Positions 8,544-20,028 of a stretch of DNA of 64,000 nt are shown in pieces. The first letter of the stretch is position 1. Each line of letters begins with the position of its first letter. The stretch spans positions 10,488 through 74,487 of the forward strand of contig CAJQJY010000003.1 of assembly GCA_905478765.1 (NCBI GenBank). Direction: 5' to 3'. Below the pieces are notes generated by a model. That model was given only the letters and a program-made list of their open reading frames with translations, was not told the origin of the DNA and did no database searches. This stretch comes from an uncultured Flavobacteriales bacterium (lineage in GTDB: Bacteria > Bacteroidota > Bacteroidia > Flavobacteriales > BACL11). The position numbers and the translations under genes were made by a program.

Positions 8544-10739
8544 CTAGTGTTTATAAGTTCTTGTAATTGATGTAATTGCTTCAACTTTACGAAGTTTATC
8601 AGTTAGTTCTTTTAAGAATGTTACATTATGCACTTTAAGGGTAATAATACCTTCAAATATACCATCATAACTACTGATGTTAATACTTTTAATATTTACA
8701 TTCATTTGGTTGGAAATAATTTGAGTAACATTGTTCATAAGTCCGACTTTGTCGATTCCTTTAATATTGATTGTTGCAATAAAGTCAATTTCATTTTTAT
8801 TTACCCATTTTGCTTTTAGTATTCTATATGCGTAATTGGCTCTAAGCCGAATTGCATTAGGACAGTCTGATCTATGAATTTTTATTCCATCTACTACTGT
8901 TAAAAATCCAAAAATCACATCTCCTGGTATTGGATTACAACACTTAGCCATCTCATAGTCTAGTACTTCTCCATCTTCATTAAAGACAATTAATTTTTCA
9001 ACTTTTATAGCTGATTTTTTAGCTTTAGGATTATAAATTTTATTTTTGATTGTTTGATACCAACCACTGTTTTTCACTTTTACATATTCCTTAATTTCAG
9101 TATTGGAAATAGCCCCAGTACCAAAACGAAAATAAAGTTCTAATGAAGTTCCTGTATCAAAATACTTGATGAGTTCAGTTTCAGTATTTATATTGAATTT
9201 AAGTTTTAAATGTTTTAGTTTTCTTTCAGCAATCTCTTTTCCAACTCCAGAAATTCTTTTTTTATCTTCTTTTAATGCACCCTTTATTTTTGATTTTGCC
9301 CTTGATGTAATTACAAAGCGCAACCAATCTTTTCTTGGTCTTTGTTTTTTAGATGTGATAACTTCAACTTGATCGCCACTGCCTAATTGATGGCTTAATG
9401 AGACCAATTTCCCATTTACTTTTACTCCCATACATTTGAGTCCAACATCAGTATGAATTGAAAAAGCAAAATCAAGTGCAGTAGCTTTTTTAGGTAATGT
9501 TTTTAATTCTCCATTTGGTGTGAAAACATAAATCTCTCCCGCATAAAGATTAAGTTTAAAATCATCAATAAAATCAAGTGCGTTAGATTCAGGGTTTTCT
9601 AATAACTCACGGATATTATTGATCCATTCATCAAGTGAGTTTTCTTTACTTCCTTCTTGTTTGTATTTCCAATGTGCAGCATACCCTTTTTCTGCAATAT
9701 CATCCATTCTTTTACTTCTGATTTGTACTTCAACCCATTTACCATCATCACCCATTACAGTAGTGTGTAAGGACTCATATCCATTGGCTTTTGGAGTTGA
9801 AACCCAATCTCTCAATCTATCAGGATTTGGTTTGTAAAAATCAGTAACTATTGAATAGATCTTCCAGCAATCTGATTTCTCATTCTCTTGTGATGATTCG
9901 ACAATAATTCTGATTGCAAATTTGTCAAATACATTATCAAAATTAACACCCTTATTAACCATTTTATGTCTAATAGAAAAGATTGATTTTGGCCTTCCTT
10001 TTATAGAGCAATAAAGTTCATTTTCTTTTAATTTAGTTCTAAGTGGTTTACAAAATTTTGTGATGTATTTATTTCTTTCTTCTTTTGTAGCTTGTAGTCC
10101 TTCAGCAATTGCTTTATATACTTCTGGTTTTGTGAATTTAAGCCCTAAGTCTTCTAATTCAGTTTTGATAGCATAGAGCCCTAATCTGTGAGCGAGAGGT
10201 GCATATAAGTAAAGAGTTTCTGATGCTATTTTAAGTTGTTTTGGCTTTTTCATCGCATCCAAAGTTCTCATATTATGCAGTCTATCAGCAAGCTTGATTA
10301 ATATTACTCTTACATCATCAGAAAGAGTAAGGAGCATCTTTCTAAAATTCTCAGCTTGCATGGATACATTCTTATCAAATACGTCATGGATTTTAGTTAA
10401 TCCATCAATAATTTTAGATACTTTTTTACCAAATAACTTTTCAACATCTTTAAGAGTAAAGTCCGTATCTTCAACTACATCATGCAGTAAAGCACATATA
10501 ATAGAGGTAGTTCCTAGGCCAATCTCTTTTGCAGCAATATGAGCAACAGCAATAGGGTGATATATATAGGGTTCTCCTGATTTTCTTCTCTGATTTTTAT
10601 GGGCTTCAACTGCTAAATCAAAAGCTTTTCGAATCTCTTTTTTATCTGCTTTATCTGTTTTGTCAGCACATGCACGCAACAATGATTTATACTTATTAAG
10701 TATGTCTTTTTTTTCTTGTTCTAAATCTATTTGTTGCAT
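8544..10739 (-). CDS. rel: Bifunctional (p)ppGpp synthetase/hydrolase, RelA/SpoT family
   Basis: 731 aa. HD hydrolase motif (LLHDVVEDT), a RelA/SpoT synthetase core, and TGS and ACT-like C-terminal domains. Confidence 0.9.
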   Translation of the reverse strand: MQQIDLEQEKKDILNKYKSLLRACADKTDKADKKEIRKAFDLAVEAHKNQRRKSGEPYIYHPIAVAHIAAKEIGLGTTSIICALLHDVVEDTDFTLKDVEKLFGKKVSKIIDGLTKIHDVFDKNVSMQAENFRKMLLTLSDDVRVILIKLADRLHNMRTLDAMKKPKQLKIASETLYLYAPLAHRLGLYAIKTELEDLGLKFTKPEVYKAIAEGLQATKEERNKYITKFCKPLRTKLKENELYCSIKGRPKSIFSIRHKMVNKGVNFDNVFDKFAIRIIVESSQENEKSDCWKIYSIVTDFYKPNPDRLRDWVSTPKANGYESLHTTVMGDDGKWVEVQIRSKRMDDIAEKGYAAHWKYKQEGSKENSLDEWINNIRELLENPESNALDFIDDFKLNLYAGEIYVFTPNGELKTLPKKATALDFAFSIHTDVGLKCMGVKVNGKLVSLSHQLGSGDQVEVITSKKQRPRKDWLRFVITSRAKSKIKGALKEDKKRISGVGKEIAERKLKHLKLKFNINTETELIKYFDTGTSLELYFRFGTGAISNTEIKEYVKVKNSGWYQTIKNKIYNPKAKKSAIKVEKLIVFNEDGEVLDYEMAKCCNPIPGDVIFGFLTVVDGIKIHRSDCPNAIRLRANYAYRILKAKWVNKNEIDFIATINIKGIDKVGLMNNVTQIISNQMNVNIKSINISSYDGIFEGIITLKVHNVTFLKELTDKLRKVEAITSITRTYKH

Positions 10740-10747
10740 ATAGTAAT

Positions 10748-12019
10748 TTAAGCAAAAATTGGGTAAGTAGACATTAATTTATTTACTTCTTTTCTTACTT
10801 CAGACAATATACTTTCATCTTCATAATTCATGATTACTTTATCAATTAGATCAACAATAGTAGGTATTGTATTTTCTTTTATACCTCTTGTAGTTATTGC
10901 TGGTGTTCCAAATCTTATTCCGGAAGTTATAAATGGTGATTGAGTGTCAAAAGGAACCATGTTTTTGTTTGCAGTTATATCTGCTTTTACAAGTGCATTT
11001 TCAGCATCTTTACCAGTTATGTTTTTATTTCTTAAATCAATAAGCATACAGTGATTTTCTGTGCCTCCAGAAATAATTCTATACCCTTTTTTAACAAATT
11101 CTTCAGCCATTAGTTTTGAGTTTTTTATTACTTGCTTTCCATAGGTCTTGAATTCAGGTCTTAATGCTTCACCAAAAGCAATTGCTTTACTAGCTATTAC
11201 ATGCTCTAATGGTCCTCCTTGTGAGCCTGGGAATACACCTGAATTTAATATTGCTGACATCATTCTATTCTTTCCTTTTGGAGTTTTTAGTCCCCAAGGG
11301 TTTTCAAAGTTTTTTCCCATCATAATCATTCCACCTCTTGGACCTCTTAAGGTCTTGTGAGTAGTGGTAGTTAAAATATGGCAATGTGGAGCAGGGTCAT
11401 TTAATAATTTTGCAGCAATTAATCCTGCTGGATGAGCAATATCAGCCATCAATAACGCATTAACTTTATCTGCAATTTTTCTAAAACGAGCATAATCCCA
11501 GTCTTGCGAGTAGGCAGAGCCTCCACAAATAATTAATTTTGGCTGTTCTGAAATAGCAGTTTTTTCTAATTTATCATAATCAACTTTACCAGTTGATTCT
11601 TCAACATTATAAAATGAAGTTTTATATAGCTTTCCTGAAAAATTTACTGGTGATCCGTGAGTTAAATGCCCACCGTGTGAGAGGTTAAATCCTAAAATTT
11701 TATCTCCAGGATTAAGGCAGGCTAACATTACGGCTGCATTTGCTTGTGATCCAGAGTGAGGTTGTACATTAACATACTCAACACCAAATAATTCTTTTGC
11801 TCTATCAATTGCTAACTGTTCTACTTTATCAACAACTTCACATCCTCCATAATATCTTTTTCTAGGGTATCCCTCAGCATATTTGTTTGTTAAGCATGAG
11901 CCCATTGCTTGCATTACTTCATTACTTACAAAGTTTTCTGATGCAATTAATTCAATTCCATTCCTTTGTCTTTGATCTTCCTTATTTATTAAATCAAAAA
12001 TTATTTCATCTTTTTTCAT
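10748..12019 (-). CDS. glyA: Serine hydroxymethyltransferase
   Basis: 423 aa. ELIASENF, the PLP-lysine region [14 protein letters not shown], full length. Confidence 0.95.
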   Translation of the reverse strand: MKKDEIIFDLINKEDQRQRNGIELIASENFVSNEVMQAMGSCLTNKYAEGYPRKRYYGGCEVVDKVEQLAIDRAKELFGVEYVNVQPHSGSQANAAVMLACLNPGDKILGFNLSHGGHLTHGSPVNFSGKLYKTSFYNVEESTGKVDYDKLEKTAISEQPKLIICGGSAYSQDWDYARFRKIADKVNALLMADIAHPAGLIAAKLLNDPAPHCHILTTTTHKTLRGPRGGMIMMGKNFENPWGLKTPKGKNRMMSAILNSGVFPGSQGGPLEHVIASKAIAFGEALRPEFKTYGKQVIKNSKLMAEEFVKKGYRIISGGTENHCMLIDLRNKNITGKDAENALVKADITANKNMVPFDTQSPFITSGIRFGTPAITTRGIKENTIPTIVDLIDKVIMNYEDESILSEVRKEVNKLMSTYPIFA

Positions 12020-12074
12020 CTGATATTATTTTAAAATTTTTATTTTCGTAAACGCAACAAATGTATATAAATTT

Positions 12075-13019
12075 ATGAATAGAATTAAGGAACTTTTTGG
12101 AATAAAATATCCAATTATACAGGGGGGCATGATATGGTGTAGTGGTTGGGAATTGGCCTCTGCCGTAAGTAATGCGGGTGGATTGGGTTTAATTGGTTCA
12201 GGTTCAATGTATCCTGAAGTTCTAAGAGAACATATTAAGAAATGTAAGAAAGCAACTGACAAGCCTTTTGGAGTAAATATTCCTTTAATTTATCCGAATA
12301 TTGAAAAGCATATTCAAATCATTATTGATGAAGGAGTGAAGATTGTTTTCTCATCCGCAGGAAACCCTAATAAATACACCTCTTATTTACAAGAAAATGG
12401 AATAATTGTAGTGCATGTCATTGCAAATACTAATTTTGCTTTAAAGTCAGTTGATGCAGGAGTTAACGCAATAGTTGCTGAAGGATTTGAAGCTGGAGGG
12501 CATAATGGAAAAGATGAAATTACAACTATGTGCTTAATTCCTAAAATAACAGATGAAGTAAATATTCCTATAATTGCTGCAGGAGGTATTGGTGATGGGC
12601 GTGCAATGTTAGCTGCTATGTGCTTGGGTGCTGATGGCGTGCAAATTGGTAGTAGATTTGCTGTTTGTAAAGAAAGTTCTGCTCATGAAAACTTTAAAAA
12701 TTATGTTTTTGATGCAAAAGATGGTGCAACAGATTTAACTTTAAAGGAAATTACAGCTGTAAGATTATTGAAAAATAAGTTTTACCAAAACATACAAGAG
12801 GCATATACAGCAAAAGCAACAATTAAGGAATTAAAAGATTTGTTAGGAAGAGGAAGGGCTAAAAAAGGGATGTTTGAAGGTAATTTAACAGAAGGAGAAT
12901 TGGAAATCGGACAAGTATCCTCAATGATTAATAAAATGCAGACTTCCAAAGAAATTATTGATGAAATTATTGATGATTTCAATATTGCAAAAAGTGATCT
13001 ACACACTTTTAATGTATAA
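12075..13019 (+). CDS. Nitronate monooxygenase / FabK-like FMN oxidoreductase
   Basis: 314 aa. YPIIQGGM...SNAGGLGLIG and AAGGIGDGR motifs of the NMO (2-nitropropane dioxygenase) family. Confidence 0.8.
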   Translation: MNRIKELFGIKYPIIQGGMIWCSGWELASAVSNAGGLGLIGSGSMYPEVLREHIKKCKKATDKPFGVNIPLIYPNIEKHIQIIIDEGVKIVFSSAGNPNKYTSYLQENGIIVVHVIANTNFALKSVDAGVNAIVAEGFEAGGHNGKDEITTMCLIPKITDEVNIPIIAAGGIGDGRAMLAAMCLGADGVQIGSRFAVCKESSAHENFKNYVFDAKDGATDLTLKEITAVRLLKNKFYQNIQEAYTAKATIKELKDLLGRGRAKKGMFEGNLTEGELEIGQVSSMINKMQTSKEIIDEIIDDFNIAKSDLHTFNV

Positions 13020-13068
13020 GGTTTTTTTAAGCAAGTATTATCTTTAGTACTATGTTGACTTTTTTTTA

Positions 13069-13076
13069 TAAATTTG
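13069..13076 (+). promoter_or_regulatory. Putative -7 promoter box
   Basis: TAAATTTG matches TAnnTTTG, 20 nt upstream of the ATG at 13097. This supports that start over 13052. Confidence 0.4.
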
Positions 13077-13096
13077 TAAATATTATAAAATACATT

Positions 13097-16000
13097 ATGA
13101 AAAAGTTATTATTATTACTATTTGTTGTCTTATTAAATTTTTCTTCTCAAGCATCTCACTTTATTGGTGGTGAAATTACTTGGGAATGCGATAAGGATCC
13201 ATTAAGTCCAAATTATGGGAAGTATACGTTTTTTATGACAATTTATCAAGATTGCGATGGTATAGATTTTAGCACAACTAGTTATAGTATAGACGTTCAT
13301 AACCATCCGTCATTATTCTCAATTAATTTACCTTTCGTCTCTTCAGTAGATATTTCTCCAACTGGCATTCCAGGATCTATTCCTTGCTATGACTGTAATA
13401 ATCAGCCATTTGGAACATTTGGTGCTGTAAAACAATGGAATTATGCTTCAGTTCCCACGACAATTACAGGAAGTCCTCCTGCTGACGGATGGCATTTTAC
13501 TTGGGGTTCATGTTGTAGAAGTGGAAATATAACAAATGTTGGTACTCCGGGTAGTATGGATTGGACTGTTCGATCTGTGATGTATCCTTATACTGACCCT
13601 AGTGGAACGATATTCCCTAGTAGTAATGAGTGTTATGAAAATTCTCCAATTTTTAAAGAAGAGCCTAAAACAATTATATGTTCTGGTTATCCTTTTTCGT
13701 ATAGTCATCTTGCTTTTGATGTTGAGCTTGATTCCTTAAGTTATAGTTGGGCTGAACCTTTGAATATCGCATCTTCATATAATTATACAAATCCTAGCAT
13801 ACAGGCAATACCGTATATTGGAGGTTATACAGTTACATCTCCAATTCCAGGCAATCCTACTCTAGATAGTGAAAACGGAGAGATATCTTTCTTCTCAATG
13901 ACTAATGGTGTTTTTGTTACAGTTGTAAAAGTAGCAGCATTTAAATGTGGACAATTAGTTGCTGAAGTATACAGGGATGTAAATGTAGCTCTCTTAGGCT
14001 GTGGAACCTTGCCAAATGGTGCTCAAAATTCTCCACCTCTTATTACAGCTCCAGTTGGAAGTCAGAATTGGATTACGACTTTAAACCCTTCAACAGGCTT
14101 ACCATCATATGAAACTACAATTATGGCTGGTGAATTGGTCAATTTTTCGGTAGTTGCAACTGACAGTGATATTAATTCAACTGGAAATATGCAAGATTTA
14201 TCATTAGAGGTAGTGGGTGGCCAATTAGATCCATTGTTGGCACTTAGTAATCCTGCAACCTTTACAGTAACATCTTCATCACCAGGAAATATTTCAGGAG
14301 ATTTTGAATGGTTATCTAATTGTGACCATATGCAAGATTATGGATGTGGTAGGCAGGGAGGCGCTTATACGTTTAACATTAAATCTTATGATGACTTTTG
14401 TCCAGCAAATGGAATTAAAATGGCTACCATAACAATAAACGTAATCCCACCTCAACCCGACTTAAGATGCTTAGCTGTTGATCCAAATGGAGGAGTTGAC
14501 TTATTTTTTTCTTTTCCTGCTGGAGTTATTGATACAAATATTAAATATGATATATATCATTCTAAACAAATTTCAGGACCTTATTCAATAATTGATAGTA
14601 TTTTTTATCCTGATACAACTTTTTATCATTCAGGATCAGACGCTAATACATCAAAAAGTTATTATTATCTTTTAGGAAGCGTTACTTGTGGAACTAACAT
14701 TGGGGGAGGAAGTGATTCACTATTATATTCTGACACATTAAGCACTATTTTAATGAATTCTACAGCAGTTAACATGGGAATAACTGCAGATTTAAACTGG
14801 AATCCTACTCATAAACCTTTAATACCCTCTTCTTCTACAGATTATGATCTACATTATATAAATGCAGCTAATGTTGATGTAATTCTTTCTGTGCAACCTG
14901 ATACTTTTGCTCAAATGGATGGTGATAGATGTGACTATAATCCACAGTTTTATGTAGAAATACCTGATATTAGTGGATGTGTCTCAAAATCTTCTATTAG
15001 TTCAATAAATTTACTAGATACATTATCTCCTGTTACTCCAATTATTGAAGATATTTCAGTTGATGTTAATGGAAAATCAGTTGTAAGTTGGAGTGTCTCT
15101 GCTAATAGTGATTTTTACATTATTTACATACAAGATAATAATGGCGCTTGGATTACTTTAGATACAGTTTTGTTTGGAACTAATAGTTATCAGTTTGTTA
15201 ACTCAAATGCAACAATTAATTCTGAAAATTTTACTGTTAGAGCTATTGATAGTTGTGGAAATACAAGAGCAAGATCTGAAATACACAATTCTATTTATTT
15301 GCTACAACTAGTTGATGAATGTGATAATTCGGTAAAGTTAAATTGGAATGATTATATTAATTGGAGTGGTGGTACTCATCATTATAATTTATTCATAAAT
15401 GAGATTGATGAGAATGGAGTAGTGATTTCTGATGTAATTACAGTAACAAATTCTACTGAGTATTTGTTAGATGGTTTAACTTCATCCTCTCAGTATGAAA
15501 TATATGTTGAAGCTTATAATTTTGACGCTTCTTTTGTTGCGATTTCTAATCAATTAGATTTTAATATATCATTGGCAGCTAAGCCTAAGTTTCATTACAT
15601 TGAGTATGTCACTGTAAATCCTGAAAATGGTTTTATTGAGTTAAATTGTTATGTTGATAATCAAGGGGTGATTGATCATTATGATATTTATAGAAGTAAA
15701 ATTGTTAATGGAGTTGGGATTGGTTTAGATCTTATTGATAATGTAACTTTCAACGGAACATCATCTATTTATTATATTGATAATGAGGCTTCTACTTCTA
15801 ATTACTCCTATTTATACAAAACTTACCCTGTAGATACTTGCGGTATTACATTAAATGTACCGCCAGTTGATGATCCAGCCTATGCTAATGATATTTCATA
15901 TGCTCAATCAATATTGCTAGAAGTAGAAGTTAATAAAGATTATTCTAATTTACCTAGCTTAGAAAGTGATTACACAAATACAATTACTTTTAATGAGTAT

Positions 16001-16537
16001 GATAAATGGTTAGGAGATGTTTCAAAATATGAATTATTTAGATCTATTAATAATGAACCTTTTGTAATGTTGCCTATCAAAACTTGGGATATGAATAATA
16101 ATTCAAATCAAGAATTAGTTTTTATTGATAAGGTGACAGAATTTGGAGAAACAAATGGAAAATTCTGTTATTACATAAAGGCTACTGAAGGTATTAATAA
16201 CCCTTACGGGTCAGTTCCTGAAGGAAGTTTATCTAATATTGTATGCATTAGCCAAACCCCAAATATTTTTGTTCCAAATACTTTTACTCCTAATGGAGAT
16301 GAACACAATGAGGTTTTTATGCCAGTTGCGTATTTTGTTTCTGAGGATGGTTATTCCTTTTCTATTTATAATGCTAATGGAAGTGAGATATTTTCTACTA
16401 ATGAACCATCAAAAGGGTGGGATGGAACATATAAAGGAAGTAATGTACAGAATGATAATTATGTATATCATCTACAATACATAAATTCAGATGGAGAGTT
16501 AACACATAAAACAGATGCTTTTAGCCTAGTAAGATAA
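13097..16537 (+). CDS. Large secreted adhesin-like protein with a T9SS type B (gliding motility-associated) C-terminal sorting domain
   Basis: Signal peptide MKKLLLLLFVVLL, an N-terminal SHFIGGEITWEC module and many Ig/FN3-like segments. The C-terminus (IFVPNTFTPNGDEHNEVFMP...FSIYNANGSEIFST...GWDGTYKG) is typical of type B CTDs. Confidence 0.8.
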   Translation: MKKLLLLLFVVLLNFSSQASHFIGGEITWECDKDPLSPNYGKYTFFMTIYQDCDGIDFSTTSYSIDVHNHPSLFSINLPFVSSVDISPTGIPGSIPCYDCNNQPFGTFGAVKQWNYASVPTTITGSPPADGWHFTWGSCCRSGNITNVGTPGSMDWTVRSVMYPYTDPSGTIFPSSNECYENSPIFKEEPKTIICSGYPFSYSHLAFDVELDSLSYSWAEPLNIASSYNYTNPSIQAIPYIGGYTVTSPIPGNPTLDSENGEISFFSMTNGVFVTVVKVAAFKCGQLVAEVYRDVNVALLGCGTLPNGAQNSPPLITAPVGSQNWITTLNPSTGLPSYETTIMAGELVNFSVVATDSDINSTGNMQDLSLEVVGGQLDPLLALSNPATFTVTSSSPGNISGDFEWLSNCDHMQDYGCGRQGGAYTFNIKSYDDFCPANGIKMATITINVIPPQPDLRCLAVDPNGGVDLFFSFPAGVIDTNIKYDIYHSKQISGPYSIIDSIFYPDTTFYHSGSDANTSKSYYYLLGSVTCGTNIGGGSDSLLYSDTLSTILMNSTAVNMGITADLNWNPTHKPLIPSSSTDYDLHYINAANVDVILSVQPDTFAQMDGDRCDYNPQFYVEIPDISGCVSKSSISSINLLDTLSPVTPIIEDISVDVNGKSVVSWSVSANSDFYIIYIQDNNGAWITLDTVLFGTNSYQFVNSNATINSENFTVRAIDSCGNTRARSEIHNSIYLLQLVDECDNSVKLNWNDYINWSGGTHHYNLFINEIDENGVVISDVITVTNSTEYLLDGLTSSSQYEIYVEAYNFDASFVAISNQLDFNISLAAKPKFHYIEYVTVNPENGFIELNCYVDNQGVIDHYDIYRSKIVNGVGIGLDLIDNVTFNGTSSIYYIDNEASTSNYSYLYKTYPVDTCGITLNVPPVDDPAYANDISYAQSILLEVEVNKDYSNLPSLESDYTNTITFNEYDKWLGDVSKYELFRSINNEPFVMLPIKTWDMNNNSNQELVFIDKVTEFGETNGKFCYYIKATEGINNPYGSVPEGSLSNIVCISQTPNIFVPNTFTPNGDEHNEVFMPVAYFVSEDGYSFSIYNANGSEIFSTNEPSKGWDGTYKGSNVQNDNYVYHLQYINSDGELTHKTDAFSLVR

Positions 16538-16559
16538 TTAAAGCTTAAAATAATAAAAA

Positions 16560-16586
16560 TAGTCCCTTTTTAAGGGACTATTTTAG
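16560..16586 (+). terminator. Rho-independent terminator
   Basis: 9-bp stem TAGTCCCTT / AAGGGACTA with a 3-nt loop, followed by TTTT. Confidence 0.75.
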
Positions 16587-16628
16587 TATATAAATTGTTA
16601 ATTTTGCATAATTTTTAAAATAGTAATT

Positions 16629-18089
16629 ATGAGTAATAAAGTATTGAAGGAGGGTTTAACTTATGATGATGTTTTAGTTGTTCCTGCTTATTCGGAAGTA
16701 TTACCTCATATGGTAAGTACAGCTACTAATTTCACTAAAAATATAACGCTAAATATTCCAATAGTATCTGCTGCTATGGATACTGTTACTGAATCAAAAA
16801 TGGCGATTGCTATTGCACAGGAAGGTGGAATTGGAGTGCTTCATAAAAATATGAGTATTGAGAGTCAAGCGTTTGAAGTTCGCAAAGTAAAAAGATCAGA
16901 AAGTGGCATGATTTTAGATCCTATTACTCTAACCTTAAATGCAAATGTTGGTGATGCTTTTAGAATGATGCATGAAAATAAAATTGGTGGTATTCCTATT
17001 GTAGATGAAAATATTAATCTACTAGGAATTGTTACTAATAGAGATTTACGCTTTGAAAAAGATATGACACTTTCTATTAATGAAGTAATGACATCAGAAG
17101 GAATTATTACTACTGAATTAAATGACCTTGAAAATGCTGAGGATATCTTAAAAGAAAATAAAATTGAAAAATTACCTATTGTTAATGCTGAAAATAAATT
17201 AGTTGGACTTATAACTTTCAAGGATATTATTAAAAACAGAATGCGACCAAATGCTTGTAAAGATAAGTATGGTAGATTAAGAGTTGCTGCTGCTGTTGGC
17301 GTTACTAATGATGTTCTTGAAAGAGTAAAAGCCTTAAAAAATGCTGCAGTTGATGCAATTATAATTGATACAGCGCACGGGCATACTAAAGGAGTAGCTA
17401 ATGTTTTAAAGAAAGTAAAATCAACTTACCCTGATTTAGATGTTGTAGTTGGAAACATTGCAACTGCTTCTGCTGCTCAGGCTTTAATTGAAGCAGGTGC
17501 TGATGCTGTAAAAGTAGGAATCGGACCTGGTTCAATTTGTACAACAAGAATTGTAGCAGGCATTGGTGTTCCACAATTGACAGCTGTAATGGATGTTGCT
17601 GAGGTAACTAAGAAAAATAATATTCCTTTAATTGCAGATGGCGGTATAAGGTATTCAGGCGATATTGTTAAAGCTTTAGCGGGTGGCGCAAATACTGTTA
17701 TGTTAGGTTCGATTATTGCTGGAGTTGAAGAAGCACCAGGAGAAACAATTATCTTTGAAGGGAGAAAGTTTAAATCTTACAGAGGAATGGGGTCTATTGA
17801 TGCTATGGAAAAAGGATCAAAAGATAGGTATTTTCAAAGTGGAGAAGTTGATGCTAAGAAGTTAGTCCCTGAAGGAGTTGTCGGTAGAGTAGCTTATAAA
17901 GGGACTTTAGGTGAAGTTATTCATCAGATGATTGGTGGGTTAAGAGCTGGAATGGGTTATACTGGCTCGTCATCTATAGAAGAGTTGAGTAAAGCATATT
18001 TTTTAAAAATAACGACTGCAGGTGTTACTGAAAGTCATCCCCATGATGTGACAATAACGAGAGAAGCACCAAACTATAGTAGAAAATAA
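16629..18089 (+). CDS. guaB: IMP dehydrogenase
   Basis: 486 aa. CBS pair insert, catalytic loop [11 protein letters not shown], full length. Confidence 0.95.
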   Translation: MSNKVLKEGLTYDDVLVVPAYSEVLPHMVSTATNFTKNITLNIPIVSAAMDTVTESKMAIAIAQEGGIGVLHKNMSIESQAFEVRKVKRSESGMILDPITLTLNANVGDAFRMMHENKIGGIPIVDENINLLGIVTNRDLRFEKDMTLSINEVMTSEGIITTELNDLENAEDILKENKIEKLPIVNAENKLVGLITFKDIIKNRMRPNACKDKYGRLRVAAAVGVTNDVLERVKALKNAAVDAIIIDTAHGHTKGVANVLKKVKSTYPDLDVVVGNIATASAAQALIEAGADAVKVGIGPGSICTTRIVAGIGVPQLTAVMDVAEVTKKNNIPLIADGGIRYSGDIVKALAGGANTVMLGSIIAGVEEAPGETIIFEGRKFKSYRGMGSIDAMEKGSKDRYFQSGEVDAKKLVPEGVVGRVAYKGTLGEVIHQMIGGLRAGMGYTGSSSIEELSKAYFLKITTAGVTESHPHDVTITREAPNYSRK

Positions 18090-18105
18090 TAAACTAAAAA
18101 TAAAA

Positions 18106-20028
18106 ATGATGAAAAAAGTAGGATTAAGTATAATGTTAGCTGCATTTGTTTTAATTTCAAGTGCACAAGATGTATTAACTATTGCAGATGATAACATCTC
18201 ATTAAAGGAATTTAAAAATGTGTTTTATAAGAATAATCATAATGCTGATATTTCAGAAGATTACTTAAATGAGTATATGGAATTATTTGTGAAATTCAAA
18301 TTAAAAGTAAGAGAAGCGCAAGAATTAGGACTGGATACTATGACATCATATGTTAATGAGCTTGATGGTTATAGAAAGCAATTGGCTAAACCTTATTTGA
18401 AGAATGAAGAGTTTGATGAAAACATGCTTACTGAAGCTTATGAAAGAATTAGTTTTGATGTAAATGCAAGTCATATTTTAATTGCAGTTGATGAAAAAGC
18501 AACTGATGATGAAGTAAAAGTTGCTGAGCAAAAAGCAATTACAATAAAGAAGGATATTATAGATGGAAAGTTGTCATTTGGTGATGCTGCTAAGCTAAAC
18601 TCTGATGATAAATCTGCTGTTAGTAATATGGGTAAATTAGGATTTTTCACTGCTTTTATGATGGTTTATGATTTTGAAACTGCAGCTTATAATACTAAAA
18701 TTGGAGAGATTTCAAATCCTGTTAGAACAAAGTATGGCTTTCATTTAATAAAAGTAAATGATAAAAGAAAAGCTGTTGGGCAAGTAAAAGTAGCTCATAT
18801 CATGTTTAAAACAGGGCTGGGAGCTGATGAGAATAAATTAAATCAAGCAAATGAGAAAATTAATAAAGCGCTTCAGTTGTTAAATAAAGGAGAGGATTTT
18901 GCTGATGTTGCTGAAAGATTTTCTGAAGATAGATCAACTGCTGTAAAAGGAGGTGAGTTACCAGCTTTTGGAGTTGGAAAAATGGTTCCTGAATTTGAAA
19001 ATAATGCATTCGAACTTAAAAGTATTGGAGATATTTCTGTTCCATTCAGAACAGAATATGGATGGCATATCATCAAACTTATAGGAAAAGAGGAAATGCT
19101 TTCATTTGATGAGTTGAAAGTAGAATTGAAAAGAAAAATTGAAAAAGATAGTAGAGGTGATTTAAGTAAAAAAGCACTTTATGAAAAATTGAATGATACT
19201 TATAAAGTAATAAATAAGCCAGCTGTTTATGCTTCTTTTAGAAAAGGAGCTGTAAATTCAGTTGCATCAGCAACTTTTGAGAAAGTAAATAATAATCAAA
19301 CTTTAGCTACTATTGATGGAAAGAGTGTATCTGTTAATAAATTCTCAGAATATATTCTGGCTTATCAATCATTAGGAAGTGATATTGATGATATGTATAT
19401 TGATTTTGTAAATGAGGAGTTACTGGCTTATGAAGAAAGTAAATTAGAGGAGAAATACCCTGATTATAAAGCGTTATTACAAGAATATAGAGAAGGGATA
19501 TTACTATTTGATTTAACAAATAAGAAAGTATGGGCTAAAGCTGTTGAAGACACACTTGGTTTACAAGCATTTTATGATGCTAATAAATCTAATTATACAT
19601 GGGGAAAAAGATTGGATGCTACAATCTATAGCTGTATTGACTTAACAACTGCAAAGAAAGTGAAAAGAGAAATCTACAAAAAAAATAGGGGAACAATAAC
19701 TAATGCAGATATTTTAGTTAAAATTAATAAAGATGATGCTTTGAGTTTACAAATTGAAAGTAATAAATTTGTAAAAGGTGCTAATAAAAATGTTGATGCT
19801 ATTAAATGGAAAACAGGAATATCAAAAGATATAGTGTTAGAAAACGGATCGTATATTATTATTGATGTTCATGAGGTCTTAGAATCTGGAGCAAAGGAAT
19901 TGTCTGAATCTAGAGGAAAGGTTATCTCTGATTATCAGACAGCTTTAGAAAATGACTGGATAGCTTCACTAAAAGCAAAATATGCGGTTACTATTCATAC
20001 AGAGGTTCTTCATTCACTTGTTAAATAG
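18106..20028 (+). CDS. Periplasmic peptidyl-prolyl isomerase (PpiC/parvulin type, two rotamase domains)
   Basis: Signal peptide. Two parvulin domains (ASHILI...YGFHLIKV and VAHIMF...YGWHIIKL). Confidence 0.85.
   Translation: MMKKVGLSIMLAAFVLISSAQDVLTIADDNISLKEFKNVFYKNNHNADISEDYLNEYMELFVKFKLKVREAQELGLDTMTSYVNELDGYRKQLAKPYLKNEEFDENMLTEAYERISFDVNASHILIAVDEKATDDEVKVAEQKAITIKKDIIDGKLSFGDAAKLNSDDKSAVSNMGKLGFFTAFMMVYDFETAAYNTKIGEISNPVRTKYGFHLIKVNDKRKAVGQVKVAHIMFKTGLGADENKLNQANEKINKALQLLNKGEDFADVAERFSEDRSTAVKGGELPAFGVGKMVPEFENNAFELKSIGDISVPFRTEYGWHIIKLIGKEEMLSFDELKVELKRKIEKDSRGDLSKKALYEKLNDTYKVINKPAVYASFRKGAVNSVASATFEKVNNNQTLATIDGKSVSVNKFSEYILAYQSLGSDIDDMYIDFVNEELLAYEESKLEEKYPDYKALLQEYREGILLFDLTNKKVWAKAVEDTLGLQAFYDANKSNYTWGKRLDATIYSCIDLTTAKKVKREIYKKNRGTITNADILVKINKDDALSLQIESNKFVKGANKNVDAIKWKTGISKDIVLENGSYIIIDVHEVLESGAKELSESRGKVISDYQTALENDWIASLKAKYAVTIHTEVLHSLVK

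Noticed and set aside
12026-12262. 78-aa ORF on the - strand spanning the glyA/NMO intergenic region
   Set aside because: It overlaps the start of the well-supported nitronate monooxygenase-like gene. It has no motif and an odd composition, so it is probably spurious.
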